This document shows positions 11,681 through 22,974 of a stretch of DNA of 64,000 bases, in pieces (within the stretch, counting starts at the first letter, position 1; every line of letters starts with the position of its first letter). Both the position numbers and the translations under genes were made by a program. Location of the stretch: positions 122,388,001-122,452,000 of the forward strand of contig NC_042998.1 in the NCBI RefSeq assembly GCF_006345805.1. Direction: 5' to 3'. The notes beneath the pieces are model-generated. The model did not search any database. It was given only the letters and a program-made list of their open reading frames with translations, and had not been told where the DNA came from. Source of the stretch: Octopus sinensis (Eukaryota).

Positions 11681-12174
11681 ATATATACATTCGATGTTCG
11701 TGTGTGTATGTGGGGAATGGTGTGCATGAGTGTGTAAGTGTGTGTGTGTGTGAATAAGGGTGAGTGACTCTGGCATGTGAGTGTGTGTGTGCATGTGTAA
11801 CGTGTGTGTGTGCTTTTGTGTGTAGCAGTTGATGTGCTTGTTCATGTGATGTGTGCACATGTGTGTGTGTGTGTCAGTGACCAAACATGAGTATGGTGTA
11901 TGTATGTGGGTGAAAGTTATCTTTGTCTATTTGTGTGTGTTAATGCGAGTTGCATGTGTATGTATATATTATCTGTGTTCAAGTATTATGTGCTTGTGTG
12001 GGTGTGGGAGTGTGCATGATGATGTGTGGTGTGTGTACTGAGTTAAACTGTGTGTGTGGATGATGGTGTGTGGTGTGGATGCTGAGAAGTGGCCAGTGCT
12101 AGTGTGTGTGGAGTGATGTGGGGTTGGTGTCAAATGAGGAAAGGAGGTGAGGTCAGTGTCAGATGAGAGGAGGT

Positions 12175-13538
12175 GAGTTGAGCCCATATGGTGCAAAGAA
12201 GTAAAGAGAGATTAATTCCTGTTCACAGTGAAGGCAGGAGTTTAGATGGTTCCTGTGCAATGATAATCCAAACACAGACAGATATTGTAATGAATGACTG
12301 GTAGAGCGGAAATGGTGTGAGACTAGACTGTTATTGCCAAGTCAGATGTCTTGGAGGTGCTCCACAAACCAGTCAGCCAAGTGGTGTCCCATTTGACTGA
12401 CATACAAGGAGCAACAGAGAGAGCAGGAGAAGTGCAGGTAAAAGAGTTGGTGATGTGATAGGGATGATGATGGGTGCCTGTGTGGATGGTGGTGTTGGAG
12501 AGGTAGGAGCAGGTGTGACAGCATGGGTAGGAGCAGGGGAGTGAGCCAGGCTAGGAAGTGGGGTTAGGGAAAAAACTGTGGTTCAGGAGGTCAAGCAGGT
12601 TATGGGCTCATTTGAAGGAGGGAAGGGGTAGGTTAAGGAAGATGTGCTAGGAGAAGGGGTTGCACTGGAGTCACTGGAAGGCTCGGAGAATGGTGAGTTG
12701 GAGGGGCAGGGTGGAGGGGTGGTAGGTGAGGGAGAAACGGGAGAAAGGCAATAGCTGGGCAGGTGTAAGGAGAAAGAGCAGAGGCACAGTCCACAGATCG
12801 TACCCTGGCAAGGACAGTGTGGATAGTAGTGAAGGAATATCCATGTAGGATGAAGTGGCAAGCCATGAGATGAGACTAAGTCTCAGACGGAGGAATTGGG
12901 AGTAGGGGATGGAGAGCTAGATATGGGTAGAGTAGGAGGAGGAGAAGTTAAGTTAGGGGTGTGATTCAGTGTGTTTGTAGTGGATGGAAGTAGTGAGAGT
13001 GGAATGGTGTATGCTGACAGAACTGTGGAGAAATTTGATGGAAGAGTCAGAGATAGTGCAAGAGAATTCGAGGGCAGGATAGGATTGCACAAAAGAGAAG
13101 AAGGGGTCTAGTTGTTCACAGGAGAGTGAAATAACACTGATACAGTCATTGATATAATGACCATATAGTTTGAGAGTGGGACCAGGGAATTGTGAGAATA
13201 TTCAAGCCTCAACATATCTAACAAACAGGTTTGCATAGTTGGGGCCCATTCTTGTTCCCATGGCCACTCTCAAGAGTGTTGGTAAAAATCCCTCATGAAT
13301 GAGAAACAGTTGAAGAAGAGAACAAGTTCGGCCAGATGAAGAAGTGTGGAGGTGTCAGGTTGAGGGTCAGGCCGAAGGTCTATAAAGTGTTTGAGTGCAA
13401 AAAGCCCTTCGTTGTGTGGGGTAACCGTATATAAACTTTTGATATCAAGAGTGAACAGAAATTTAAAGGGCCAGAAGAGGAGAAAGGGTTAAAATGATGG
13501 AGAGTATGGTTAGTGTCATGGATGTGGTAGGGGAGGGG
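12175..13538 (-). mobile_element. Penelope-like retroelement, 5'-truncated, decayed RT plus GIY-YIG endonuclease
   Basis: Minus-strand translation across frameshifts: YHIHDTNH, FLFTLDIKSLYT, LLHLAELVL..NCFSF, VAMGTRMGPNYANLFV, HYINDC (RYIDD position); endonuclease C..C.SLYVSQMGHHLADWFVEHLQDI and EQELI. Confidence 0.9.
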
Positions 13539-13554
13539 AGGTATATATATATAT

Positions 13555-13930
13555 ACCATCATCATCATCATCATTTAATGTCCGTTGTCCATGGGTTGGA
13601 TGGTTTGACCAAGGCTGGCAAGTTGGAAGGCTGCACCAGACTACAGTCTGATTTGGCATGGTTTCTACAGCTGGATGTCCTTCTTAACACCAACCACTCT
13701 GAGAGTGTAATGGCTGCTTTTAAATATCACCAGCATGGGTGCCATTTGCATGACACTGGTATCTGCTACAACTGCTATTTTGCTCAGCTTGATGTGTCTT
13801 CTCAAGCATGACATAATGCCAAAGATCTCAGTCATTGCCTCCGTGAGGCTGAAACCTCGAAAGGAATTCAGCTACTTTACCTCTGTGAGGCCCAACGCCT
13901 GAAAGGAACTCACCTCTGTGAGGCCCAATG
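13555..13930 (-). mobile_element. RTE LINE 3' UTR/tail with (GAT)n end
   Basis: catcatcatttaatgtccgttgtccatgggttggatggtttgacc.. is shared with 22975, 35040, 46968, 56878 and 63115. Confidence 0.8.
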
Positions 13931-13934
13931 ATCA

Positions 13935-14085
13935 AGCCTAGATGAGATGCAGTTTGGTTTTGTACTTGGTAGAAATACTGCTGATGCTCTCTTTCTAGTG
14001 AAGCAATTGCGGAAGAATTTATCCCAAAGTAAACCACTGTACTTGGTATTCATTAATCTAGAGAAATCCTTTCAGCAAGTTCCTT
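13935..14085 (+). mobile_element. RTE reverse-transcriptase fragment
   Basis: LDEMQFGFVLGRNTADALFLVKQL..KPLYLVFINLEKSFQQVP (QFGF and DLEKAFDRVP positions). Confidence 0.85.
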
Positions 14086-14469
14086 CACACCCTGATTAGG
14101 GCTACGTATCTTGTCAAATTTCACTGATCTCAATTCATCTAATTTATCTCCTTTCTTCCTTTATTTTTCTTGGATAAATGTGGTTAGTAGTAAGTGTTTA
14201 CTTAAAATCCTATGAGGATACTTACCAGAAAAATTGCAAAAGCAACCAGCATATTTCTTTTTGTAGTGTTCTAAGAAGTTGATTCTGCCATGTACTATGA
14301 AGGAAAAAATTGCTCAGTGCATGGAACTAAATGTGTAATTGTCAACATGGTAATGACATGATGCAAGATTGGTTTTAATAGAAATCAATGAAACATTTGT
14401 AAACTAAGCAACAAATGCAATTTGTGAACGCCATTCTCCAATGTTTTTACATTACACACACACACACAC

Positions 14470-14630
14470 ACACACACATTTACAGTGGACATCTCTCAGC
14501 TTCCATCTATCAGATCCACTTTGGTCAGTAATAGTAGAAGACATTTATCCAAGGTGCTGTGCAGTGGAGCTGAACACAAAATGATGCCATTGAGAAGGAA
14601 AATTTCTTAACTATACAGCCATGCTTGCAC
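14470..14630 (-). mobile_element. SINE family A, 5' half, diverged
   Basis: cagcttccatctatcagatccact..atagtagaagacatttatccaaggtgc. Confidence 0.65.
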
Positions 14631-15808
14631 CTGTATACATTTATGCATGTATAAAATCACTTCCACACACATATGCATATACATAAACATATGTATATAC
14701 ATATATATGTACACACACATATTGACAAATATACTTAAATGCAGACATACATATACAAATATTTACATATATCCAGATATGTGTTTTTACAAGTATACAC
14801 ATATAAACAAACATTTTTGCACCTACATTCATATACAAACACCTACAAAACAAAAAAAAAGAAAAATTCCAAATGAAATAAGAAAATTGAATGAGGGCAA
14901 AGTTTCCAGGGAATTATTGCAATATGGAAAGTTCTCTTCTTTTTCATTTTCTCCCCCTCATCTTGCTCTCCATCTGGCCCTTTGTGTCTTTTATTCTGCT
15001 CTTACCCTGCTCCTTATCTGGCTCTTTCTGCCTTTTGTTCTCCTTTCACCCTACTACCCATCTGGCTCTCCCTGTCTTCTGCTCTCTCCTTACCTTGCTC
15101 CTTATCTAGCCTGCTCTTTCTCTTCTGTTATCTGTTGGTTCTTAAAGATTGATTCTTGGCAACCTGGCAGACATTATCCACTTAGCACTTTGTGATTCAT
15201 GAAAACATAGCACCAAGCTATGAGCAAATATGTGTATGTATGTGTGACATGTTTGGTTAGACAGAGTTCTAATTAAATAAAAGCAACAGCTCCGGAATTT
15301 GGTTGTAGTTTATTACCTGAGCTGAATAATTAGTTGCTTTATTAAACTTACTCAATTACTTGGCAACTGCAATACTAATATACACACATCAGTGAGTGTG
15401 TGTATATACATATATATATACGTGTATGTGTGTGTGTGTGTGTGTGTTTGTATTTGGTTTATAAGTGTGTGAATATGTGTATTCACACACATGTATCTGT
15501 GCATGTGAAACTATCTATTTATTGGCTCATACATACTTAGACATACATCATGAACATAGAAAACAAACACATACGTACACACTCATGCACGTGCAACATA
15601 CATACACACAGACATACACACATATACAGACACAGACACAGACACACACAAATATATTTATTATAGGTTTAGGTATGGCTGTGTTGCAATCTCATGGTCT
15701 TTGGTTCAGTCCCATGTATAGCATCTTGGGGAAGTATTTTCTTTTATATCCTCAGGCTGACCAATGCCATATTAGGGAAATTGGTTGCTGGAAACTGTGC
15801 AGAATCCC

Positions 15809-15845
<37 letters not shown>

Positions 15846-17789
15846 AAGGATAAAATCTATATAAGATTTTATCGAGTAGCCAATGTGTAAAACCAATTAA
15901 GGAAAAAATTTAATAGAAGGTATATAGTTTTTCTCCTTTATATATAAAATACATCATGATAACAAGGGATATTATTATCTGTAAAAGCCACATACTTTAA
16001 TGGGACTCTAAAATCAAACTACTGCAATAAGTATACACAGGCGCCGACTTCGGGGAAATGAAACTAGGATAAGTTCCTTCAATAAAAAACTGTTTAGTTG
16101 TATACCATTAATGATTTTGTGGTTGCCATTTATTACCATGTTCTCCACTCACCAGTTTACATACATATATATATATATATATATATAATATTTAATCATA
16201 TCAAAGGGAAATGGAAATTAATTAAAATTTACATTTCCAGAGGTCTAATGTATAAAAAATTTAGTCAAAAAGACTACATATTAGTCATATGATATAGTGT
16301 ATATTTACGCATAAGGAATCCACTTATAGGAATTCAACACGTTAGAACGAACAGCTAGGTTCTATACCCACAAAAATTAGGGATAAAATTCGACAGGAAC
16401 GAATTGAAAAATGAAAAACATTTTACTGTCTAGTTTCCTGGACCAATTGGTTTCTGATTTTAGTTTAGCAAGTCAAGGAATTCGCTAGGTGCAATTAAAT
16501 TCGACAGGCATTGAAAATTTAGCTGTAACAGACCAAGAAAATCTACACTCAGCTCAGCAGATTGAATCAGCAAAAGAGCCTGTACTTGATTGTCAGAAAC
16601 AGCAGCCAAGTTTCCTTCAAATCACACCTTATATGATGATGCAGATTATTAGATAATGTAGTCTTACATACTCATTAAAAAGATGGGACAATCATGGATT
16701 GATTTTGCATCTGATAGTAAATTTATGTGAACAGATAGAGACCTGTGGCTAACAACAAAAATCCTTTCTGAGTCATATAAACTCATAGGGCTGGTTCCTT
16801 GGTTTCAGTGGTGTAAATATTCTCCACTTGTACGGGACACAGGTCTGTAGGAGGAATACTCATTTTTGTAATTTGAGTGAACTGGAGCATTGTGAAATGA
16901 AGTGTTTTGCTCAAGAACACAATGCATTGCTTGGTCCAGGAATCATACCTACAATCTTATGATCATGAATCCAATACCCTAACTCCTAAGCCATGCACCT
17001 CCCTGGACTATACATTACTGGTACTAATTTTTATTAACTCTGAAAGACTTAAAAACAAAGTCTATTCAGGTATTATGAATGTTAAAGGATTTCTTTCAGT
17101 TTTGATAAGCATTTCCCTCATTTAATCAATAACATGCTCTATCCTTTGAATTAATATATAACTTGATTGGTCCCTTCCTTGCTTCAACTTTGCGACCCTT
17201 GTCACATCGACCTGATTTTGCTGGTCTTAGTTTTTTAATATTGTTATTGCCACAGGAAGTGCTCTGATGAACTTTCTCTTTTAGTTCCTGATCACTTTGT
17301 GCTATGCCTCCTACTTGAAAGTTATGGTGTCTTCATCTAAATTCTGTTGTGCTTCCATGAATAAGGAAGTCTTTCTACAGTCTTTCATTGAACTGCCAAA
17401 CTTTGGAACTCTCTTCCATCCCATTGTTTTCCTCCTTCTTATGAAGTAAATTCATTACTTTCATCTTCATTTCTCCTTCATAATCTCTTACACTAAGTGG
17501 CTTCTTAACTTGTCTCGGACTTCTTATAAAGAAAACAAAAATGGCTGAGTTAGTCAAGGATACACAGACATGTGTACCCTTGACTTCATTCTCAGAGAGA
17601 ATGAGTATGAATTTGTTTGACAAACCTGGTCCCTTGTATTACATGCTAAAGTCCATCTGATGAGCTTCCAAATAATTTCTCAATGTTTGGTCTGATTGGG
17701 GCTATGATAAAAGACACTTGTTCAAGATGCTACACATTGGAATTGAACCCAGGATTTGATGATTATAAAGAACTCTTCTTAATTCTTCA

Positions 17790-18075
17790 ACCATGTCTGC
17801 ATCTATAATGTATAATATGCACACCTAACAAAAGAAACATGTTGTGAAGGGAGATTTCATAATGAGGTGTTTGTTCCCTACCACTTTTTGAAAACTGGTT
17901 TTTGGTTTGTTTACATCCCTGTAAGTTAGCAATTCTGCAAAAAAGACAGATAGAATAACACTAGGCTTTAAATGAAAAAAATATATATAGTGGGGGTTGA
18001 TTTGTTTGACTAAACCCTTCAAGGCTGTGCCTCAGCATGACCACAGTCCAGTGACTGAAACAAGTATAATATAAA
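17790..18075 (+). mobile_element. SINE family A, 3' half
   Basis: gtaagttagcaattctgcaaaaaagacagatagaataacactaggc..gactgaaacaagta. Confidence 0.7.
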
Positions 18076-18327
18076 AGGTAAAAGATAATAGTATGTATTT
18101 CTGAAAAGTAGCAGAATCCATGCCTTGTAGTGTTGTATGGTACTTATGTTATTGAATCTTCATGGTTCCAATCTTTACCAATATTGCTCCTGTAAACATT
18201 CAAACTAAACATCAGCTCTACAAATCTCACTGATTTTGGAGGGTCTGCATAGAATTTCTACTACCCTTCCATTATTTATGGTATGAACTGTGATCATCAT
18301 CATCGTTACCACCACCACCACCACCAT

Positions 18328-18372
<45 letters not shown>

Positions 18373-18413
18373 CACACACACATAATATGTATATATGTAT
18401 TATTGAAGTCATA

Positions 18414-18606
18414 AGAATTCATAAATCGTCGAGAGAACAGGAATAATTCTTGTTTGGAATTGGTTCACAAAAAGCTATTAATAATAGCTTGTAAATATTG
18501 GGTTGAAAAACCCTTTTGGATATAAAAAGTTGAAGGCTGCTTGTGAGACTTGAACTCACATCTCTTGTAAACTTGATAGGCATACTCTCACTGTACCAAA
18601 GCAATC
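18414..18606 (-). mobile_element. tRNA-headed repeat (family C), copy 1
   Basis: Minus strand folds as a tRNA: acceptor GAUUGCU/AGCAGCC, D stem GUAC/GUAU, T arm GUGAG-UUCAAGU-CUCAC; anticodon arm is broken; body shared with 18674. Confidence 0.55.
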
Positions 18607-18673
18607 CTTGATTTTTCTCTATACATTTTAGAGACCTTATACTTACCAGGAAGAACTGTATGTTGTTGATGTC

Positions 18674-19045
18674 AAGAATCTATAAACTTTTGAGAGAACG
18701 TTGAATAATTCTCTTTTTGGAATTGGTTCTTGAAAAATAATTGCATAAGACTATTAGTTTCAAATTTTGGCACAAAGCCAGCAATTTTGGGGGAGGGGTA
18801 AGTGGATTACATTGACTCCAGTGTTCAATTGGTCTTTATTTTATTGACCCTAAAAGTTTGAAAGGCAAAGTGGACCTTGGTGGAATTTGATCTCAGAATG
18901 TAAAGATTGACAAACACCTCTAAGTATTTTTTTGTCTGTTGTGCAAAAGATTCTGCCAACTCACTGCCTTGCAGAATGTGAATATTAGATAGAAAAATGT
19001 TGTAGGCTACTCATGGGACTTGAACCCATATCTCCTGTAGACATG
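18674..19045 (-). mobile_element. tRNA-headed repeat (family C), copy 2, interrupted by SINE B
   Basis: aagaat.ataaa..gagagaac..gaataattct..tggaattggttc repeated from 18414; T arm AUGGG-UUCAAGU-CCCAU followed by GAGUAGCC. Confidence 0.5.
18757..18970 (-). mobile_element. SINE family B nested in family C copy 2
   Basis: gaaaggcaaagtggaccttggtggaatttgatctcagaatgtaaag..attctgccaactcactgcc. Confidence 0.7.
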
Positions 19046-19160
19046 GCAGTGGGCTTCTTTCAGTTTCTGTCTACTAAATCCACTCACAAGGCTTTGGTCA
19101 GCCTGGGGCTATAATAGAAGGCACTGAACCTGAAACTATGTGGTTGGGATGCAAACTTCT
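19045..19160 (-). mobile_element. SINE family A fragment
   Basis: gggcttctttcagtttctgtctactaaatccactcacaaggctttggtcagcc. Confidence 0.75.
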
Positions 19161-20221
19161 TAACCATTTGGTCATAGTGCACCTACCATGCAGAGGTATA
19201 AGTATGCACATATTTGATCATTCAGTTTGTGAGAAATATCAGTCAAATCTCCCTCAAATAAAAACCCAGCAAGGAGGGACACATTGGATAGTGTAGTCCA
19301 AGAGAGAAAAATGACCAAATCAATCAGGTTTAACCTGGAGCTAAGCTACAACAGTAGCGTACATATATGCACACAATAAATTGAATGTGTTAACATATTT
19401 CCATTAATGTCCTTCTAACAACCAGCCAAGATTAGAAACAATATAAATTACATCACACACAAACTCTTCACACACATACACAGCACATACACATACTCGC
19501 ACAAACACTTCACACTTATATACACATAGACACACATGCGTGCACGTACACACAGACACACACACACACACACTCACTCAAAACATGTGTTTTTCTAAAA
19601 ACTGGACATCCTAAACATAGAGTTACCAGACTTTGAAACATCAATAAAATGGATACGTGGGCAACTTTTTATAGAAACTGTCTAACGACAGCAAAGAAAT
19701 TTATAAGAATTTACAAAAATTATCTAAGAAAAAAATATTATGAGACAAAAATTAATTCTTTTAATCAAATGTTTTTAAAAGAATAAATGTTCTACTCTCA
19801 TACAAGATATTCTGTATATGTGTATGTGTATGGAAATGTTTATGTTTATAAATAATACATCTGACTATTGGTCTTTCTGTCTTTCTGTGTCTCTTTCTTA
19901 CTCTATCTGTCTGTCAGACTATCTATCAATTTAGCTACTTGTCTGTCTGTCTTTCTGTGTATGTATGTCTGTACATACATATGTATGTATGTGTGTATAT
20001 ATGAATGGGTTTAGGCTTCATCCCCACCTCACTGTCATAGACTTATGGCCTTACAACTATGATAAAGGCATCCCTCAGATGTTAGGCTGCTCTCAGTCTG
20101 AGTAAGCTCACCTCATCATGGTCAACCTCAGTTTACCACTGCTAACTTCTTCCCTTTATATACTGAGCTGCAACCCTTCCCTACCTACATCTACCAGCGT
20201 AAGAATTTCTACTTAATCTTT

Positions 20222-20650
20222 TTTTTACTCTTTACTCTTTTACTTGTTTCAGTCATTTGACTGTGGCCATGCTGGAGCACCGCCTTTAGTCGAGCAAATC
20301 GACCCCAGGACTTATTCTTTGTAAGCCTAGTACTTATTCTATCGGTATCTTTTGCCGAACTGCTAAGTTACGGGGATGTAAACACACCACCATCGGTTGT
20401 CAAGTGATGTTGTGGGGGGACAAAAACAGACACACAAACACATATATATATATATATACATACATATATATATATATACATAAATACGACAGGTTTCTTT
20501 CAGTTTCCATCTACCAAATCCACTCACAAGGCTTTGGTCGGCCTGAGTCTATAGTAGAAGACACTTGCCCAAGGTGCCACGCAATGGGACTGAACCTGGA
20601 ACCATGTGGTTGGTAAGCAAGCTACTTACCACACAGTCACTCCTACTCCT
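20222..20650 (-). mobile_element. SINE family A, full-length and well preserved
   Basis: Head (taggagt.actgtgtggtaagtagcttg), B-box-like ggttccaggttcagtccc, internal TA tract, (GAGTAAAA)n tail. Confidence 0.9.
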
Positions 20651-21114
20651 ATAGAACTTCTCAGTATATTTCTTCTAGAACTTCTCAATATATTTCTTTA
20701 CATAACATTATGAAGACAGTTACCAAGAAACCATTGCAAATCCCTGGTTACAAACTGTATCAGATCACTGCCATATAACCCCATTCAATTTTGTAGTTAT
20801 CGTTCTCTAATTTCCTCTGCAATAACCAAATGTGTAAAATCCTGAAGAACTAGACCCAGATCAGATCTGATCATCAGATTCAAAAAGTAATTTGTCTAAG
20901 AGGCAGTAATTCTAAAAGAGAACTGATACAAAGTAGAAGGAACCCTTCTAGTTCTTTGCATGACATAACCTCTCTAGTACCAATCAATAGAGTTCCTTCA
21001 GTCCATGGTATAAGCCACATACAACACTAAGGTTGACTGTTGTGCTGTACACAAGGCTACCTATCCAACCCATGCTACTTGGGAGAAATAGACATAAAAA
21101 TGATAATCACACAT

Positions 21115-21150
<36 letters not shown>

Positions 21151-22270
21151 TGCGTGTGTGTGTCTGTGTTTGCACAGAGGCTTTTAAATCCTGAAATGAC
21201 TTTCTATAAAGTAACTGAAATGTGAAACAACATTTCTAATATATTTAAATACACAGTTACAATACATATATTATCCCCATCTTACCACGACTACCATCAC
21301 TGTCACCATCATCCCATCACCCACTACCATATCTCTCCCACAAACATGTGTATACACCTTGTACATACCATACTCTATGATATACATACATATATACATT
21401 CACTATCAGGATAATTAACTTAGTTCCAATTTAATCAATTTTATAAAAAGATCAATCAATTTAATGAGTTTTACAGAAAATAATTAACCAATCTATTGAT
21501 AGAAGAATAGCTTTTCTAATCTAATTAGTGATATCATTTATTGCTTTACCAAAAACAAAACAAGACAAAAACAAAGAAAAAATGAAAACACAAAACAAAA
21601 CAAAAGCATCTGAGATTAACTGAAGAGTTTTATGATCAAAATTAAAAAGTGATTACAAAGTAAGTTATGGATCATAAAATAATGTATTAAAATCTTTCAC
21701 ATTGTGTTTTTGTTTTATCGTTATTTTAAAAATGATATACCGTGACCGAAACACTTGGTTAGTGAGAAGTTAGATGAAAGTAAATCATATTTCCATTGCC
21801 AGGTTTAACTGCATCAAAACTGCCTTGAATTTTTATGCTGCCAATTTCTTTCAGTTTTCTCTTCTTAACTGTAATGGTCAAAGTTGAAGTTAACTTGAAA
21901 AACAAACTTTTTGGCAAAAGTAATACTATATTGCTTCTGGTGTTCTGTCAATCAGTTTGAAACCTCTTTTTAGTCTGATGTCTGTTTCTCAGAATTCTGC
22001 TCACTTTACAATACATTTAGCATCTCTTCTTATTATAACTCTTTATCTGAGTCCCTAATGCCATCATCACTTTAAAAACAAAAATGCACTTCACTTTCTC
22101 TCTTTTTTTTTTATTATACATTTTTGCAATACCTGGCAAATAACAGAATTTTTGAGCTTTTGATGGATTCTGTTGATTATGTCCAGGCAATAAATTTATA
22201 CAATATACATGAAACAGATAACGAGTATATCAATACTGGATACACACACATACGTACACACACACACATG

Positions 22271-22302
<32 letters not shown>

Positions 22303-22921
22303 CATGCACATATACATGTATGCATACATACATATAGACATGCATACATGCACATATGCATATTTATATTTACAAGTATGCATATATATTTATATGTAAG
22401 TATACATACATACATGGATATATATATAGGTATGTATATATGTACATACATGCATGCATACATACATACATATATACATGCATATATATTTATATATATG
22501 TATGCATACATGCATACATACATACAAACACACATATATACACACATACAAATGCAGATATATCAAATGCCATACAGCAGAAATTCCTGGTTTGTTATAA
22601 TTATTTCTGCCATTAGGGGATGTATCAGAATTACCAAATGGTAATTAAGATGAGCTCCAAATGAGAAGGAGAGATAAGCTCAAAGAAGCAAGAATTCTCC
22701 AAAGTTGACAATACCATTATAAAAAAGGACAGGTCTTTATCTGGAAATAAGGAAACCATTGTGGACACGTTTTTATAAATTATAAGAACTATCCTACGTG
22801 TGTGCATGTGTTTGTGTATGTGTGTGTATGCGTGTGTGTGTGTGTTTGCATACATGCATGTATGTATAAAAATTATCAGGTATTGACATACTCTTTATCT
22901 GTTTTATATGTGTGTGTGAGC

Positions 22922-22962
<41 letters not shown>

Positions 22963-22974
22963 AAAGTGCGTATA

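Noticed and set aside
14647-15195. 182-aa ORF with a hydrophobic C-terminal half
   Set aside because: Composite of a CA/TA microsatellite, an A-run and a CT-rich low-complexity tract
18530-18606. Functional tRNA gene
   Set aside because: Anticodon arm does not pair and the unit is attached to a repeated body, so it is treated as a SINE head
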